A DNA stretch of 64,000 bases, taken from Callorhinchus milii. Lineage: Eukaryota. Made by a program: the position numbers and the translations under genes. Under the pieces are notes generated by a model. The model was not told the origin of the DNA, ran no database searches, and saw nothing but the letters and a program-made list of their open reading frames with translations. The DNA is taken from the NCBI RefSeq assembly GCF_018977255.1, contig NW_024704742.1, positions 38,256,001-38,320,000 of the forward strand, given 5' to 3'. Below are positions 1 through 11,841 of the stretch, in pieces (positions within the stretch are counted from its first letter, which is position 1; each line of letters opens with the position of its first letter).

Positions 1-706
1 ATCACAAGCACAATATAAATTTAACTTGTTGTTGATTGCACACAGTCCTTTAAAGAGTGGGTGTGAAGTGTAGAATACTTTTTGTAATCAACAGAAACCT
101 CAAATAACTATTACTCAAAACAGTCAGACTGAGTTCTCAGTTATGCCTTTCACTCAAACTCTAGCGTTTGTTTAATGAGGTCTCAACCAGATGAGCAGCT
201 GGGTAACATAGAATGTGAAGTGTCCAATAACACTAGTTGAATAATATCTGTAATTGGTAATCCATTGGGACACTTCATTTCTCATGGGATTCGTGTGATT
301 TTGTTTGTATTCCACACTGTACTGCTTTCTGGCTGGGTGCCCTGTCACTCATCCTGAAGAAAAACAAAAGCTGAGTTCAAATTTCCAGCAGCTCTGAGTT
401 CTTAAAATATCTGCCTTTAAAATTATTGAACAATTATTCAGACAATGAAATGTGTAAGCAATCAAAGAAGCCTTTCTACTACATTTAACAATAGGAATCA
501 GAAATTGTGACTGTCTTCGTTGTGTCTTCAGTTTTCAATAAGTACTCTTAAGATTGAGATCAAACCACCCACTCAGTCACTTAATTTGAGATCACCTTAT
601 TTTGGCTGTTGACTTTATTTGAAAGATGTGCGGTTAAATGGTGTATAAAACTTGTTCCACGTAATGTTGATTTATATCATATGCAAAAATTTTCCTCCCC
701 AAACAG

Positions 707-859
707 ATCTATTCTTTGGACATCAGTGAACCGAAAGATTGCTGGGAGACCTTCGGTTCAAATCGCACTTTAGGACTTATACTTTTCTCTGGAATAGTGC
801 TCGGAAATCTGTGGAAAGGGAAGAATAAGACTGATCAAACTGAAGATGTTCAGCAATGA
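707..859 (+). CDS. COQ2: COQ2 (4-hydroxybenzoate polyprenyltransferase), last coding exon
   Basis: Acceptor ttttcctccccaaacAG ends at 706. Phase-0 translation [50 protein letters not shown] matches the recalled vertebrate COQ2 C-terminus ([37 protein letters not shown]). ATTAAA at 1048-1053 is a possible polyA signal. COQ2 neighbours PLAC8 in human. Confidence 0.93.
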   Translation: MYSLDISEPKDCWETFGSNRTLGLILFSGIVLGNLWKGKNKTDQTEDVQQ

Positions 860-1339
860 ATTAATGGCAGTCTACAATTCTGGAAGCAGAAATCAAACAG
901 ATGTAGTGGAGAGATACAGATTGAGATTGGTTCTACTTGTACCTTCATTTTTCTAATTTGTATCATGAATTATAGAAGTGTGCTGTACGTTCTTTCATGG
1001 ATCAGTCTTAAGAAAAATATTTCAGTCTTTTAAAAAAATATTTGGTTATTAAAATGAGTTAATTTATAGAGAGAACACGTTTTGAAATCTGAATTTGACG
1101 ACAACAACAACAACAACTTGCATTTATATAGGGCCCTTCACACGGGGTAGCATCCTGGAGTGCCCACAATACACGTATCAAAGAAGTTCGAAGGGGATAT
1201 TTCACGCAATGCAGGGTAGCCCTGCAATTCTGCGCCTCACTAGAGCTCTGGTATTATTGTGTATTCACCAACCAATTATATCACTTTATGGTGGAAGTCA
1301 GCCTTTTTCCGCACTTTCCTTTTAATGTGGCCTCAGAGA

Positions 1340-1735
1340 CACATGGAAATCCCAGAGATAGATTGTTGGAATGGAATGCACGCTCTCTCTGGAGGGACGC
1401 ATCCTGCTTACCTAATTCCGAAAAGTATTAGATGCAGATCGGCAAGAGCCAAGGCTTGGGGACCCCAGAGTGTGGGTTAGGGTACTGCTGGAGTCTAACC
1501 AGCTAAAACCACATAGCTTGCCATTGATACTGCTGTCTGGCAAGCTTTCTTGCTGCTCGTCCATCTATGACTATCCTACCCATTAGGGCTTTGGCTTGCA
1601 GGGTTAACAGAAGTTGAGTGGGAATGTCCTCTGCTCTCAGTGACTGGTCGGCCTTTCAGGTCCTGCCGATGAGCTAGGCTGGCTGTACTGTCAGCAGCAG
1701 TGCCCTGGAATACTGCAGACCCGGAATCGGCTCAG
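1340..1735. repeat. Unclassified dispersed repeat, reference copy
   Basis: Similar segments occur at about 8480-9030, 18555-18985, 20745-20980, 34570-34870, 34930-35110, 36890-37000, 37620-37690 and 38220-38500, in both orientations. Confidence 0.7.
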
Positions 1736-2849
1736 GAACCGAACTACTGAAACCGCCACAGAAACTGGCTCGATACCGACATTCCATTGCCAGGCATGTC
1801 ACCCCGGAGTCAGTTTAGACCCCGTTTACCTCCACCTAACCCCCCACTCCACCCAAGGAGGATAGTCACTAGTTAGTCGTTTGTCATCCGATAGGCACCG
1901 AATTGAGCACTGACTAGATTGTACCTCTATTAACCACCCTGGAACAGACCAGGTAGATTTTGCATAATAAACCTCTATTCAGCATCCACTTGTCAAAACG
2001 CAACCAGTGGCCACTCTTTGTTAACCCTTTTACACCCTGTACGACACCCCATTTAGCAGCCAATTCTTTATATGTTAATGCATTGAGGTAGATTCACAAG
2101 TAAATTAAGCAGCACCAACAAAGATAAGTGACATTTTCACACATTTGTTCTGCGTTGGACGTGTGTAAAATACAGTCAGAAAAGTGAGAGCCCACCAGAA
2201 ATTGGTTATGGACGTCTTCAGTAAACAGTATTGACTTGTGATTGTAACAATGTAAGTGTAGAACTTTCCAAATACCGTGTTAACTACTCAGTTGTATTTT
2301 TTGGTGGACATTTTGACAGTTTTTCAATTTTGGGGTTTGTTTGTGTATTGTATTTTTTTATACACTTAGAAATTCTGCACACAACCAACAAACCCTTACT
2401 CCATAAGGCCATCCTTGTATAATGGCCAACTTGGCCCAGTCCCCTGGCAGATTGTTGAAGACAAATTTGACTGTACCAAATTCCTTCTCGAATATGCTGA
2501 CACTCTTACATCCTGGCTTGTCCACTGCACATTATTTACTCCTCTCGGTGCAAAATAATTAAATTTGAGTTGTCTGTGCACTTTCCCTGTATTGAGCTTG
2601 AGACCAGGGTATGTGCAATACATTAAGATTCAATCTATTTATACTCTTTAGGAAATATTTCAATAATAACTTCCCTGAGCTTTCTCCAGTGTGAACATTC
2701 CAAGTTCCCCTAACGCAGGTGCCTAAATCCAGCTTTTGATTATTTTCCCCTTTCTGCAACCTCTCCAACCAGTCTAACAAAGCAATCAGATAGTTACAGA
2801 TCAGGTAAGGGGGGAAAAAAAGGTCAGAAGGTATAGATACAGGTAATGT

Positions 2850-3056
2850 GGAAAAAAATGAAATGTTCTTAGATTTCTTTGTAATATGGCGTGATGTAAA
2901 AGCTGGCAAAGGATTTGATTGCAATCAACACGTATGCAGAGCAACTGAAATTGTCAAGGGGCCAGAGACCTATGTAGAGAGGTGTGCTTCCAAATCAAGT
3001 CTAACTCAATTTGCTACGGTGTAAAGAAAGGATCTCCAGAACCTATCAATTTCCTG
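2850..3056 (+). promoter_or_regulatory. PLAC8 copy A putative promoter and non-coding exon 1
   Basis: TATA-like TATGTAGA at 2971 and donor CTG|GTGAGT at 3057. The region is homologous to 19440-19659 upstream of copy B. The TSS is not determined. Confidence 0.65.
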
Positions 3057-3504
3057 GTGAGTGATTCAGATTTCTCAAGTGAATTTTAAAAGAAATAGGT
3101 GTAATTATTGTATGTGTAGGGATTGAAGTATTCAATATCTGAGCTCAAGTGACATTGAGAGAGGGATTTAAGTCAAAAATGCACTGGGAGGTGTGAGGAG
3201 AGCCTGAAGAGTCACTGGCTGTAGAGTTTGATCGGAGCCACAATGCACAACGTATCATGCTCTGCAGTCCTAGTTATTGATATTGGATTTCAAAAGTGGA
3301 TTTTGATGGAAAGCAGGGACAGAGTGGAGGAAGTTTTTCTGTCATGTTTGATCTATACTATATCTGCTGTAATCCAGTTGTGGAGCCAGCTGTAAGTTCA
3401 GTCCCTGAGCTACTTTTCTGACCAGAGATTTTGTCACTGCTGGAGTTTGGTTTTAAATTATTAACATTTTCACCCTCGCATGTCGTCCTCTGCAGTAGCT
3501 GAGT

Positions 3505-3795
3505 TAAATAATAATAATAATACTAATAATAATCCTTGCATTTGATATACCGCCTTATCATGTCTTCTAGACATCTTAAAGCGCTTTACAGAATATACAG
3601 TAAAGTGAATTGACTGTATATTTTGTGGGCGAAACACAACAGCCATTTGCACACAGCAGTCACCCACAAGCAGTTGTGGATTGAACGAGCAAATTATTAT
3701 TACTTTTTATATTATTCTTAAGGGATTATTACCTCTAGCAAAGTGATCCGCCAATCGACTAACGGCCAGGTTGCTACTTACTGCTGGGTAAACAG
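3505..3795 (-). mobile_element. tRNA-head SINE, long variant, 5'-truncated
   Basis: (TAA)n followed by ccttgcatttgatat is the reverse complement of the family tail; the body matches other copies. Confidence 0.85.
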
Positions 3796-4319
3796 GGGCT
3801 CCATGTCAGTACTTGGAATTCATATGGTATACACTGACGTTCCCACACACAATACTGTGAGTTTGCTGCATCTTGGAGGGTGGAAGTGATGAGCACACGG
3901 AGCCAAGAGTGGGAGAAGACATAGCCTGCAGAGTTCTGGATAGTCTACTGCTTGTGTATTAAGGAACAGTCAGGCCCCGACACCGGACTGTTCTGCGCTT
4001 TGGGATGTCCTCCTGACATGAAAGGTGCTCTATAAATGTAATTTTGTTGTTGTTGCTGTGGAGCCTAATAATTTGGCTGTTAGAGTAATCAAGTCTGGAC
4101 ATCATGAAGGTTTTGATGATGAGGTCTGAGCAGCCCACTGGGGAAGCAGTGCTGGAAACTGGCAATGTTGTACATGCACCCTCTTATTCCTGCAATAGTT
4201 TTGTCTGGTGCTTCGCTTACATTCATTCTATTCAATGAAAAGATCAAGGCCTTTGAGACAGTTTCTTTCCTGAATGGTGCTATTTAAATGACAATAATTG
4301 AACCAGGGGGAAAAGTACA

Positions 4320-5195
4320 GCAACAACAAAATTACATTTGTATAGCGCCTCACGTTGGGAGGACGTCCCAAGGTGCTGGATAGACAGAGTTTCGGACCCG
4401 AGCTGAGGGTTGGGGTTGGGGAGAGCAGGGAGGGAAGCAGGGAGATTGAAAGCACGGTCGAAGAGGAGGGTCTTGAAGTGGGTTTTGAAGGTGGTGAGGG
4501 AGGGGGCGAGATGGAGGGACTGCGGGATGGAGTTCCAGAAGGTGGGGACAGAGTGGAGGAAGGCCTGCCCGGCGATAGTAGGGCGAGTGAGGTTGGGGAC
4601 ATGAAGCAGGCCAGAGCCCGCTGAGCGGAGGGAGCGGACAGGATGATAGGGGGTTAGGAGGTCGGAGAGATAGGGGGGAACAAGATCATGGAGGGTTTTG
4701 AAGGTGAGGAACAGGATCTTGAACTGTATCCTCTGTGTGATGGGAAGCCAGTGGATTTGAGCATGGATGGGGGTGATAGGGTCGCGGAGCCTGGTGCGGG
4801 AGAGGACATGATCTGCAGAATTCTGGATGATCTGCAGCCTGTGGAGGGAGGAGTTGGAGAGGCTGACAGGCAGTGAGTTTGCATAGTCGAGCCTCAATGT
4901 AATGAAAGCGTGTATGAGGGTTTCGGTGGCCTGCGGTGTGAGACAGTGTCGGAGCCAGGTGATATTGCAGAGATGGGGGAAGACAGAGCAGGTCATGGGG
5001 CGAATGTGGGGTAGAAAGGATAGTTGAGAGTTCAACAAGACCCCAAGGTTGACTGGCTCAGTAAGGTTGAACATGCAACCATGGATGGTGAGACTGTCAG
5101 CGCCTGAGGTGAGGAGGAGCTGACGGGATTCAATCAGGAGATCCTCAGTCTTGTTGACGTTCAACTAAAGAAAGTTAGCTCTCATTCAGGACTTG
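4320..5195 (-). mobile_element. L2-clade LINE, ORF2 C-terminus and 3' UTR, 5'-truncated
   Basis: ORF 4280..5164 (LIHAFITLRLDYANSL...HWLPITQRIQFKIL) is typical of the L2 ORF2 C-terminus; (TTG)n tail. Confidence 0.92.
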
Positions 5196-5965
5196 GTACA
5201 GGTGAACGTCCAGGTATTCAGACGTATCTCTCAGCTCCCACTACCATATTTCAATCCTGGCCGATTAAGAACAAAAACCTTCGAAGCGTTATGCTTGTAC
5301 AAACTATCATCTCACCTCAACGCAAAAGCATAACCCTGCACATCGCTGTATACTTCACTCAGCCCATTTTCTGAAGTTCAAATGTAAAGTGTGGGAAGCG
5401 AAAAAACAGAAAGGCCTCCACTTCAGAGTCACCGCCTGTGCTGCAAGAACAGTAACGTAAAAGCTACATTAAACAGTTCTTGCAATCACTCTAGTTTGGT
5501 ATCCACTGCTCCTATTGTTAAGGGCTTTGAGATGTTCTTTTAAACAAACAACATATGTTAATGTAGGTTTTTGCTGCTGTTGTTGAAAATTGTTACCTTT
5601 GTCCCTACAATAATGGACTGAGTTCCAATTGTTATATTGTGAGCTGGGGTTGGTCACATTATTGAAAAATACACCAAAACTATTTTGTGTGTGGCACATC
5701 CCTTCAACAACAGAGAGAATTGTACAAATTGTAGTACATCCTAATTTTTGTACGGAACATGATTTATTTGAATTAAGATGACTGACGTAATTTGGGGAGT
5801 TAATGGAAAAACGAGGGTTAATTTTCCATCCTAAATTCTTGCAAGATTGTTGGCACCTGTTTATTGGAGGTATAGTTCTCATAAGTGTACATAGACAGTA
5901 TAGCATGGAAATGGATCATTCAGTTCAACTAGTTCTATGCTGGTGTTTATACCCCACATGATTTG

Positions 5966-6360
5966 TGTGTCAGACTGGTGCAGTGGCAGCCTTCTCACCT
6001 CTGAGTCAGAGGTTTGGGTTAAAGCACCACATCAGGATTTGGCATCACGTAGACTAAGTTGACACTTCAAAGAAGTGCTGGGGTGTGTTGGATTGTCATA
6101 AGTGCTGTCCTTCGGTTGAGACGTTAAACCGAGGTACTGTCTGCCTGTTCTGGTGGACGTTAAAGATCTCATGGCACAGTTCGAAAAGAAGAAGGGAGTT
6201 TCTCCCGGTGTCCTGGCCAACAATCCTGCAAATTAAAAAAATTGGTCACTCACTCCAAGGCTGTGTGTGGGACATTGCAGTGTGCAAAACTGGCTGCCAC
6301 ATTCATCCACAGAATAGACAGTCAATCCACTTTACAGTAAATCTCTGAAGTACTTTGAGA
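5966..6360 (+). mobile_element. DeuSINE (SacSINE1/AmnSINE1-like)
   Basis: tRNA-like head followed by Deu-domain-like sequence gagacgttaaaccgagg...ggtggacgttaaagatctcatggcac...gtgtcctggccaa. Confidence 0.8.
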
Positions 6361-6662
6361 TAATAATAATCATTGCATTTGATATAGCACTTTTCACATC
6401 TTCTAGACGTCCCAAAGCGCTTCACAGAATATGCTGTTAAGTGAATTGACTGTATATTTGTGGGTGAAACGCGGCAGCCAATTGCACAAAGCAGTGTCCC
6501 GCAAACAGTCGTGGATTGAAAATAACCAATTTATTTTTGTTTTGGAGGGATTATTATTAGACGTATGGAGTAAGGAAACTTGCCCAAGGTTTCTGCCTGG
6601 AGTTGAACCCAGGTGTCTCGCTTGCAAGGCGAGTGCTCTAACCTCTGAGCTACAAGACTCCA
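6360..6662 (-). mobile_element. tRNA-head SINE, short variant
   Basis: Full reverse-complement copy, from head tggagtcttgtagctcag to the (TTA)n tail. Confidence 0.9.
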
Positions 6663-7226
6663 TAATATCTCAACGATGTGATAATGTGATATATTAAATG
6701 CAAGAGTTATTATTATAAATCTCCACCCATTCTTTCCTCCCTCCCAATCACTGCTATTCCTTTCTCCTTCATGTATATATCTAGCTTCCTCTTAAATGCG
6801 AAGTAATAATCCCTTCAAAAAAAAGAAAAAAATTATAATTTGGTCACTTAATCCATGACTGTTTGTGGGACACTGCTGTGCACAATTGGCTGCTGTGTTT
6901 CGCCCACAAAATATACAGTCAATTCACTTTACAGTATATTCCATGAAGCGCTTTGAGACATCTCGAAGACGTAATAAGCGCTTTATAAAATGTAAGGATT
7001 ATTATTATATTATCATTAAATGCAAGTTGTTGTTGTTGTTTTAGCTGTTTAAACTCCTGAAGTATCAAGGCTTATGGGCTAATTTATAAGAAACCTTGCA
7101 TATCCCCCACTGAAAATATAAAAGATTACACCTGCGGGGAATGTAACACCTGTGTCCTGGAGTATTACTGCAGTAAACATTCTGATTTACAGTAAATATT
7201 GTGGTTTATAATTCTCTTGCTCTACA

Positions 7227-7620
7227 GTGAATTCTTGTGGCTTAGTGGTTGGAGCATTTGCCTCGCAAGTGAAATACCTGGGTTCTATTCCCCGGGAGGG
7301 CAAAATGTTGGGCAAGTTTCCTTACTCCGTACGCCTCTGTTTACTTAGCAGTAAGTAGGAACCTTGTTGTTAGTCGATTGGTGGATTGCGTATCCAGGGG
7401 CAATAATCCTTCAAAAAAAGTTTTTAAAAACAATAATAATTTGGTCATTCAATCCATGACTGTTTGTGGGACACTGCTGTGTGCAATTGGCTGCTGCATT
7501 TTGCCCACAAATATACAGTCAATTTACTTTACAGTATATTCTGTGAAGCGCTTTGAGACGTCTCACAGATGTGAAAAACACTGTATCAAATGCAAGGATT
7601 ATTATTTATTATTATTATTA
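7227..7620 (+). mobile_element. tRNA-head SINE, long variant
   Basis: A/B-box head, then ttgggcaagtttccttactcc...gcctctgtttac, then tail aaatgcaaggattatta. Confidence 0.88.
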
Positions 7621-7929
7621 CCTACCTGGCCTCAATTAACCCAACACAAACTTCAATGGCAACTATTGTTATTTCATTGTATGTATACCAGCCATTAGCT
7701 GCTGTACTTTTGCTGGTCACCACTTGGAGCATTTTGATTGTGATACATATTTCCATTTATTCATTACCCAGTACAATAATAATAATAAATAAATAATTCC
7801 TACATTTGATATTATAGCCTTTCATGTCAGGAGGTACAGTATCTGCGCTCTCCATATTATAGTCAATAATGCTCTCCATGTTTTCCAGGTTGGTGTTTAA
7901 ATAGCTGTGAAACAAAAGGAAGGATAAAC

Positions 7930-8044
7930 ATGAGCCAATATCCTGGAGGTCAGGTAATAGTTGTCAAGCAGCCAAAGTCCAAATTGAATGGCCAAAATGC
8001 CTGGAACACATCCCTGATGAGTTGCTGTGATGATCTGCAAATAT
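7930..8044 (+). CDS. PLAC8: PLAC8/onzin-like protein copy A, first coding exon
   Basis: Acceptor ttttccAG ends at 7888; ATG at 7930. MSQYPGGQVIVVKQPKSKLNGQNAWNTSLMSCCDDLQI plus 1 nt, then donor GTAAGT at 8045 (phase 1). Confidence 0.92.
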
Positions 8045-9361
8045 GTAAGTAAAACTTCAAGGATGTATTCAGCAATTCTTGATGTTTTTTCTTCATGTGC
8101 CTACGGTCACCCTTCTACTCCTACCCTCCCTGCCCTCCACCCCTCCTGATCCCAACCCTCAGCTCGGATTCAAATCCCTAACTGTCCAGCGCCTTGGGAT
8201 GTCCTCCCGACATGAAAGGCACTTTACAAATTGTTGTTGTTTGTTTATTTCAATCTTAATCTTAATTATTAATCAGTTAATCAAGAAAAGAAAGAAACTG
8301 CATTTGTATAACTCGTTATAACATCAAAGCATCTCAAAGTGTGTCATGCATCATGACAAGTGTAATGACCCCTTTTTTTGAAGGCAAAGTAGAAAATAAG
8401 TGAAAGTAAATGAATTCTCATTTCAAACTCCATACTTTTGGTATCCCTCAGTTCATTGTTTTGGTAACCGATGATCCAGGTGATTGACCTGTCCTGAAAT
8501 CTCCAGGGCACTGTTGACAACAGGCCAGGCAGTCAGGATTATTGGCAGGACTTGGAAGGGCAGGCCAGTCATTGGGGGCAGATATTCTTCCCACTCAGGT
8601 CCTGTAAGAAAACTCAATCCTCAATGGATAGGATAGTCCTAGATGGACAAGCAGCACCAAGCTAGCTGGACAGTGTTCTGAATAGTAAACTATACACTCT
8701 TATTATATTTCGCCCACAAAATATAGAGTGAATTCACTTTACAGTATATTCTGTGAAGCACTTTGAGAAGTCTCGAAGATGTGATAAGGTGCTATATGAA
8801 ATCCAAGGATTATTATTGTTATAATACTATATACTATACCTCCAGAAGTACCAGAATCAAATACTCTGCAATCCCCAAGCTTTGATTCTTGGGTGCATCC
8901 TTCTGGGGAGAATGTGCATTCTGTTCTAGACACAGGGAAATTCCCATCACGTGGGAAGAAACAACAACAACACGTGGGAACCAAACAAAAAGGTTTACGT
9001 ATTTGAAATGCAAACTGGTGCTTTGACATTATTTTATGGATAGATCTCTGTGACCATTTTTCCAGAACATAACAAACAAACAAACAAACAGGGTGCTAAA
9101 AATGTGTCACTCAAATCACAGAATGGATAATTTCTCACTCATTATGGCCTGCTTAAAGATTTTGTCTCTTCCATTGAAAATCACTGCTCTCAGCATTGTG
9201 TGAATATCTCTTTTTTCCCCCCCAAATCTCAATGTTATTGTATTTGATGAATCGATCCAATAAAGCTGCAACACAACTATTAAATATTAAATAATACCAC
9301 TCAGTAAAGCAGAAAAATAATGATCTTATTACAATGGATTTAAATATTGCTAGAAACATGT

Positions 9362-10268
9362 TGATGCCCAACTGTACCTCTCTGCCTCCACCCTTGACTC
9401 CAGGACCACTGCTGTCCTGACGGAATGTCTGTCAGACATCGAGTCCTGGATGAGAACAAACTTTCTACAGTTGAACGTCAACAAGACCGAGGCTCTACTG
9501 ATTGGCTCCGTCAGTGCCTCCTCACCTCAGGCGCTGACAGCATCACCATCCATGTTTGCACACTCCACCTTACTAAGCCAGTCCGGAACCTTTGTGTCTT
9601 GTTTGACCCTCAACTATCCTTTCTACCCCAATCTGCACCATGACCCGCTCTGCCTTCCCCCACCTCTGCAATGTCGCCCGGCTCCGACACTGTCTCACAC
9701 CGCAGGTCACCAAAACCCTCATACACGCATTCATTACATTTAGGCTCGACTATGCAAACTCACTGCTTGTCGGCCTCACCCACTCCTCCCCCCACAGGCT
9801 GCAGATCATCCAGAATTCTGCAGCCCGTGTCCTCTCCCGCACCAGGCTCCGCGACCCCATCACCCCCATCCTCGCCCAACTCCACTGGCTTCCCATCACA
9901 CAGCGGATACAGTTCAAGATTCTGGTCCTCACCTTCAAAATCCTCCATGGTCTTGCTCCCCCCTACCTCTCCGACCTCCTAACCCCCTACCATCCTGCTT
10001 GCACCCTCCGCTCAGCAGGCTCCGGCCTGCTTCACGTCCCCAACCTCTCTCGTCCCTCCATTGGCGGGCTGGCCTTCTGCCACTCTGCCCCCTCCCTTGC
10101 CACCTTCAAGACCTTCCTCTTTGATCGTGCTTTCGAGCTCCCTGCTCCCGCCCTACCCCACCCTCCCTACCCCCAGCTCGGGTCCATAACTCTGTCTGTC
10201 CAGCGCCTTGGTAAGTCCTCCCGATGTGAAAGTTGCTTTAGAAATGTAATTTTGTTGTTGTTGTTGTT
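9362..10268 (+). mobile_element. L2-clade LINE 3' portion
   Basis: ORF 9640..10281 (LIHAFITFRLDYANSLLVGL...LHWLPITQRIQFKILVLTFK); (TTG)n tail. Confidence 0.92.
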
Positions 10269-10342
10269 AACTATGACATAGATACAGTAATAAAAGCTTG
10301 TAATAGATATTTCACATTTTATTTTGAACTCTCTATTTCCAG

Positions 10343-10467
10343 GTCTCTGTGGTCTCTTCTGTCCGTTCTGTTTAGGCTGTGAGATTGCAGGTGCCATGGG
10401 CGAGTGTTGCTGCTGTGGAACCTCAGTAGCTATGAGAACTCTCATCAGAACAAAGTACAACATCCAA
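10343..10467 (+). CDS. PLAC8: PLAC8/onzin-like protein copy A, second coding exon (125 nt)
   Basis: ctctatttccAG|...|GTAAGT. (C)LCGLFCPFCLGCEIAGAMGECCCCGTSVAMRTLIRTKYNIQ aligns residue for residue with recalled human PLAC8 CLCGTFCFPCLGCQVAADMNECCLCGTSVAMRTLYRTRYGIP. Confidence 0.95.
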
Positions 10468-10571
10468 GTAAGTTGCCAGATATTACTATCACGTGACACA
10501 ACATTTAAATCATTTCAGAAGAGATAGTGTTGCCATGTATCCCAGCATCCGATTCAGACAAGAGCAGATTT

Positions 10572-10943
10572 GTGGAGTGCTATAGCTTAGTGGTTGGAGC
10601 ACTTGCCTCGCAAGCGAGAGGACCCGATTCGATTCCCGAACAGGGCGAAATGTTTGCTTATTCCACATGCCTCTGTTTACCTAGCACCATGGGAGGAATC
10701 TGGTTGTTAGTGATTGACAGATCGCTTTTCCAGGAGCAATAATCCCTTCAAAAAAAAATAATAGTTGGTCACTCAATCCACGACTGTTTGTGGGACACTG
10801 CTGTGCGCAATTGGCTGCCGGGTTGTGCCCACGGAATACACAGTCAATTCACTTCACAGTATATTCTGTGAAACGCTTTGAGATGTCCAGAAGATGTGAA
10901 AAGTGCTATATCAAATGCAAGGATTATTATTATTATTATTATT
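10572..10943 (+). mobile_element. tRNA-head SINE, long variant, in intron 3 of copy A
   Basis: Flanked by ATTT duplication. The empty site gggcagatttaccagcc is visible in copies B (about 30970) and C (about 57467). Confidence 0.92.
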
Positions 10944-11712
10944 ATTTACCAGCCACTCAATGTGGACAATGCTAGTGTGGAGGGCTGGGTCAGAACAGAT
11001 CTTTACCATTACAAGCTGTGTGCAATTTCACAAATTCTCTTCAACAGTAACTGTTATTTGTATAAATCCACCTCACAAACCAGTTTCTCAAAGTTGGACA
11101 TTTATGAAGTATATTCCGCAAACAAAATTTTTCTGAAGTGAGCTCCCAGCATGTTCCTATTGGGTTAGAGGGAGATATTAATTGTCTTTCATTTGATAGT
11201 TATTTTGAGTAACTGCACCTTAAGACAGGCAACTTGTAAACCATTAAATTATAAAGATCAATACTGTAGCCTGGGACAAGTAAGATCCTCGCCCAGCTTT
11301 TGGCTTATTTTTTATACTTTACAGTCCCCATGATATTTTATGATGGATATAGTTCATGTCATGGATTTACACTGACATTCTTTGAATGGAACAATCTGCC
11401 CGGGTTGACTGATCAGGGACCTTGAAATTTCCACCTGGAAACCTAGCCAATGGATGTAAGGAGAGAGACTGCAATGCTAGTCGGCATTGATGCTGGCAAT
11501 GGAGCATCTATCTGGAGAATTTGTTAATGGGGTAAACATCAAGTTTTGATGTTGTTGTAGAACTTTGAGGCCTGTAAATTTTAAGATAAAATGATCTTAG
11601 CGTATAAGGATCTGGAACTCAAAAAATAAAAATAACAATTAAAAATTAAAAGTACTTCTCAAGCAAGACTACCTACTCAGCAGTGCATTTACGTATTTTT
11701 ACTGTTTCACAG

Positions 11713-11841
11713 GGATCCATCTGCAATGACCACTGCATACATGAATGTTGCTTAATGTGTTCTCTCTGCCAGATGAAAAGAGAGATTAATTACCAGCATA
11801 GCAAAGTCCAACTTGAAAACGGAAGAGTTATTATTAACTGA
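11713..11841 (+). CDS. PLAC8: PLAC8/onzin-like protein copy A, last coding exon
   Basis: Acceptor actgtttcacAG. GSICNDHCIHECCLMCSLCQMKREINYQHSKVQLENGRVIIN* contains the PLAC8 C-terminal C-x-x-C-Q-x-x-R-E motif. Spliced product is 122 aa with 17 Cys. Confidence 0.9.
   Translation, partial: GSICNDHCIHECCLMCSLCQMKREINYQHSKVQLENGRVIIN

Noticed and set aside
4280..5164. Longest ORF (294 aa) as a host gene
   Set aside because: It is the L2 ORF2 C-terminus running into the element's tail.
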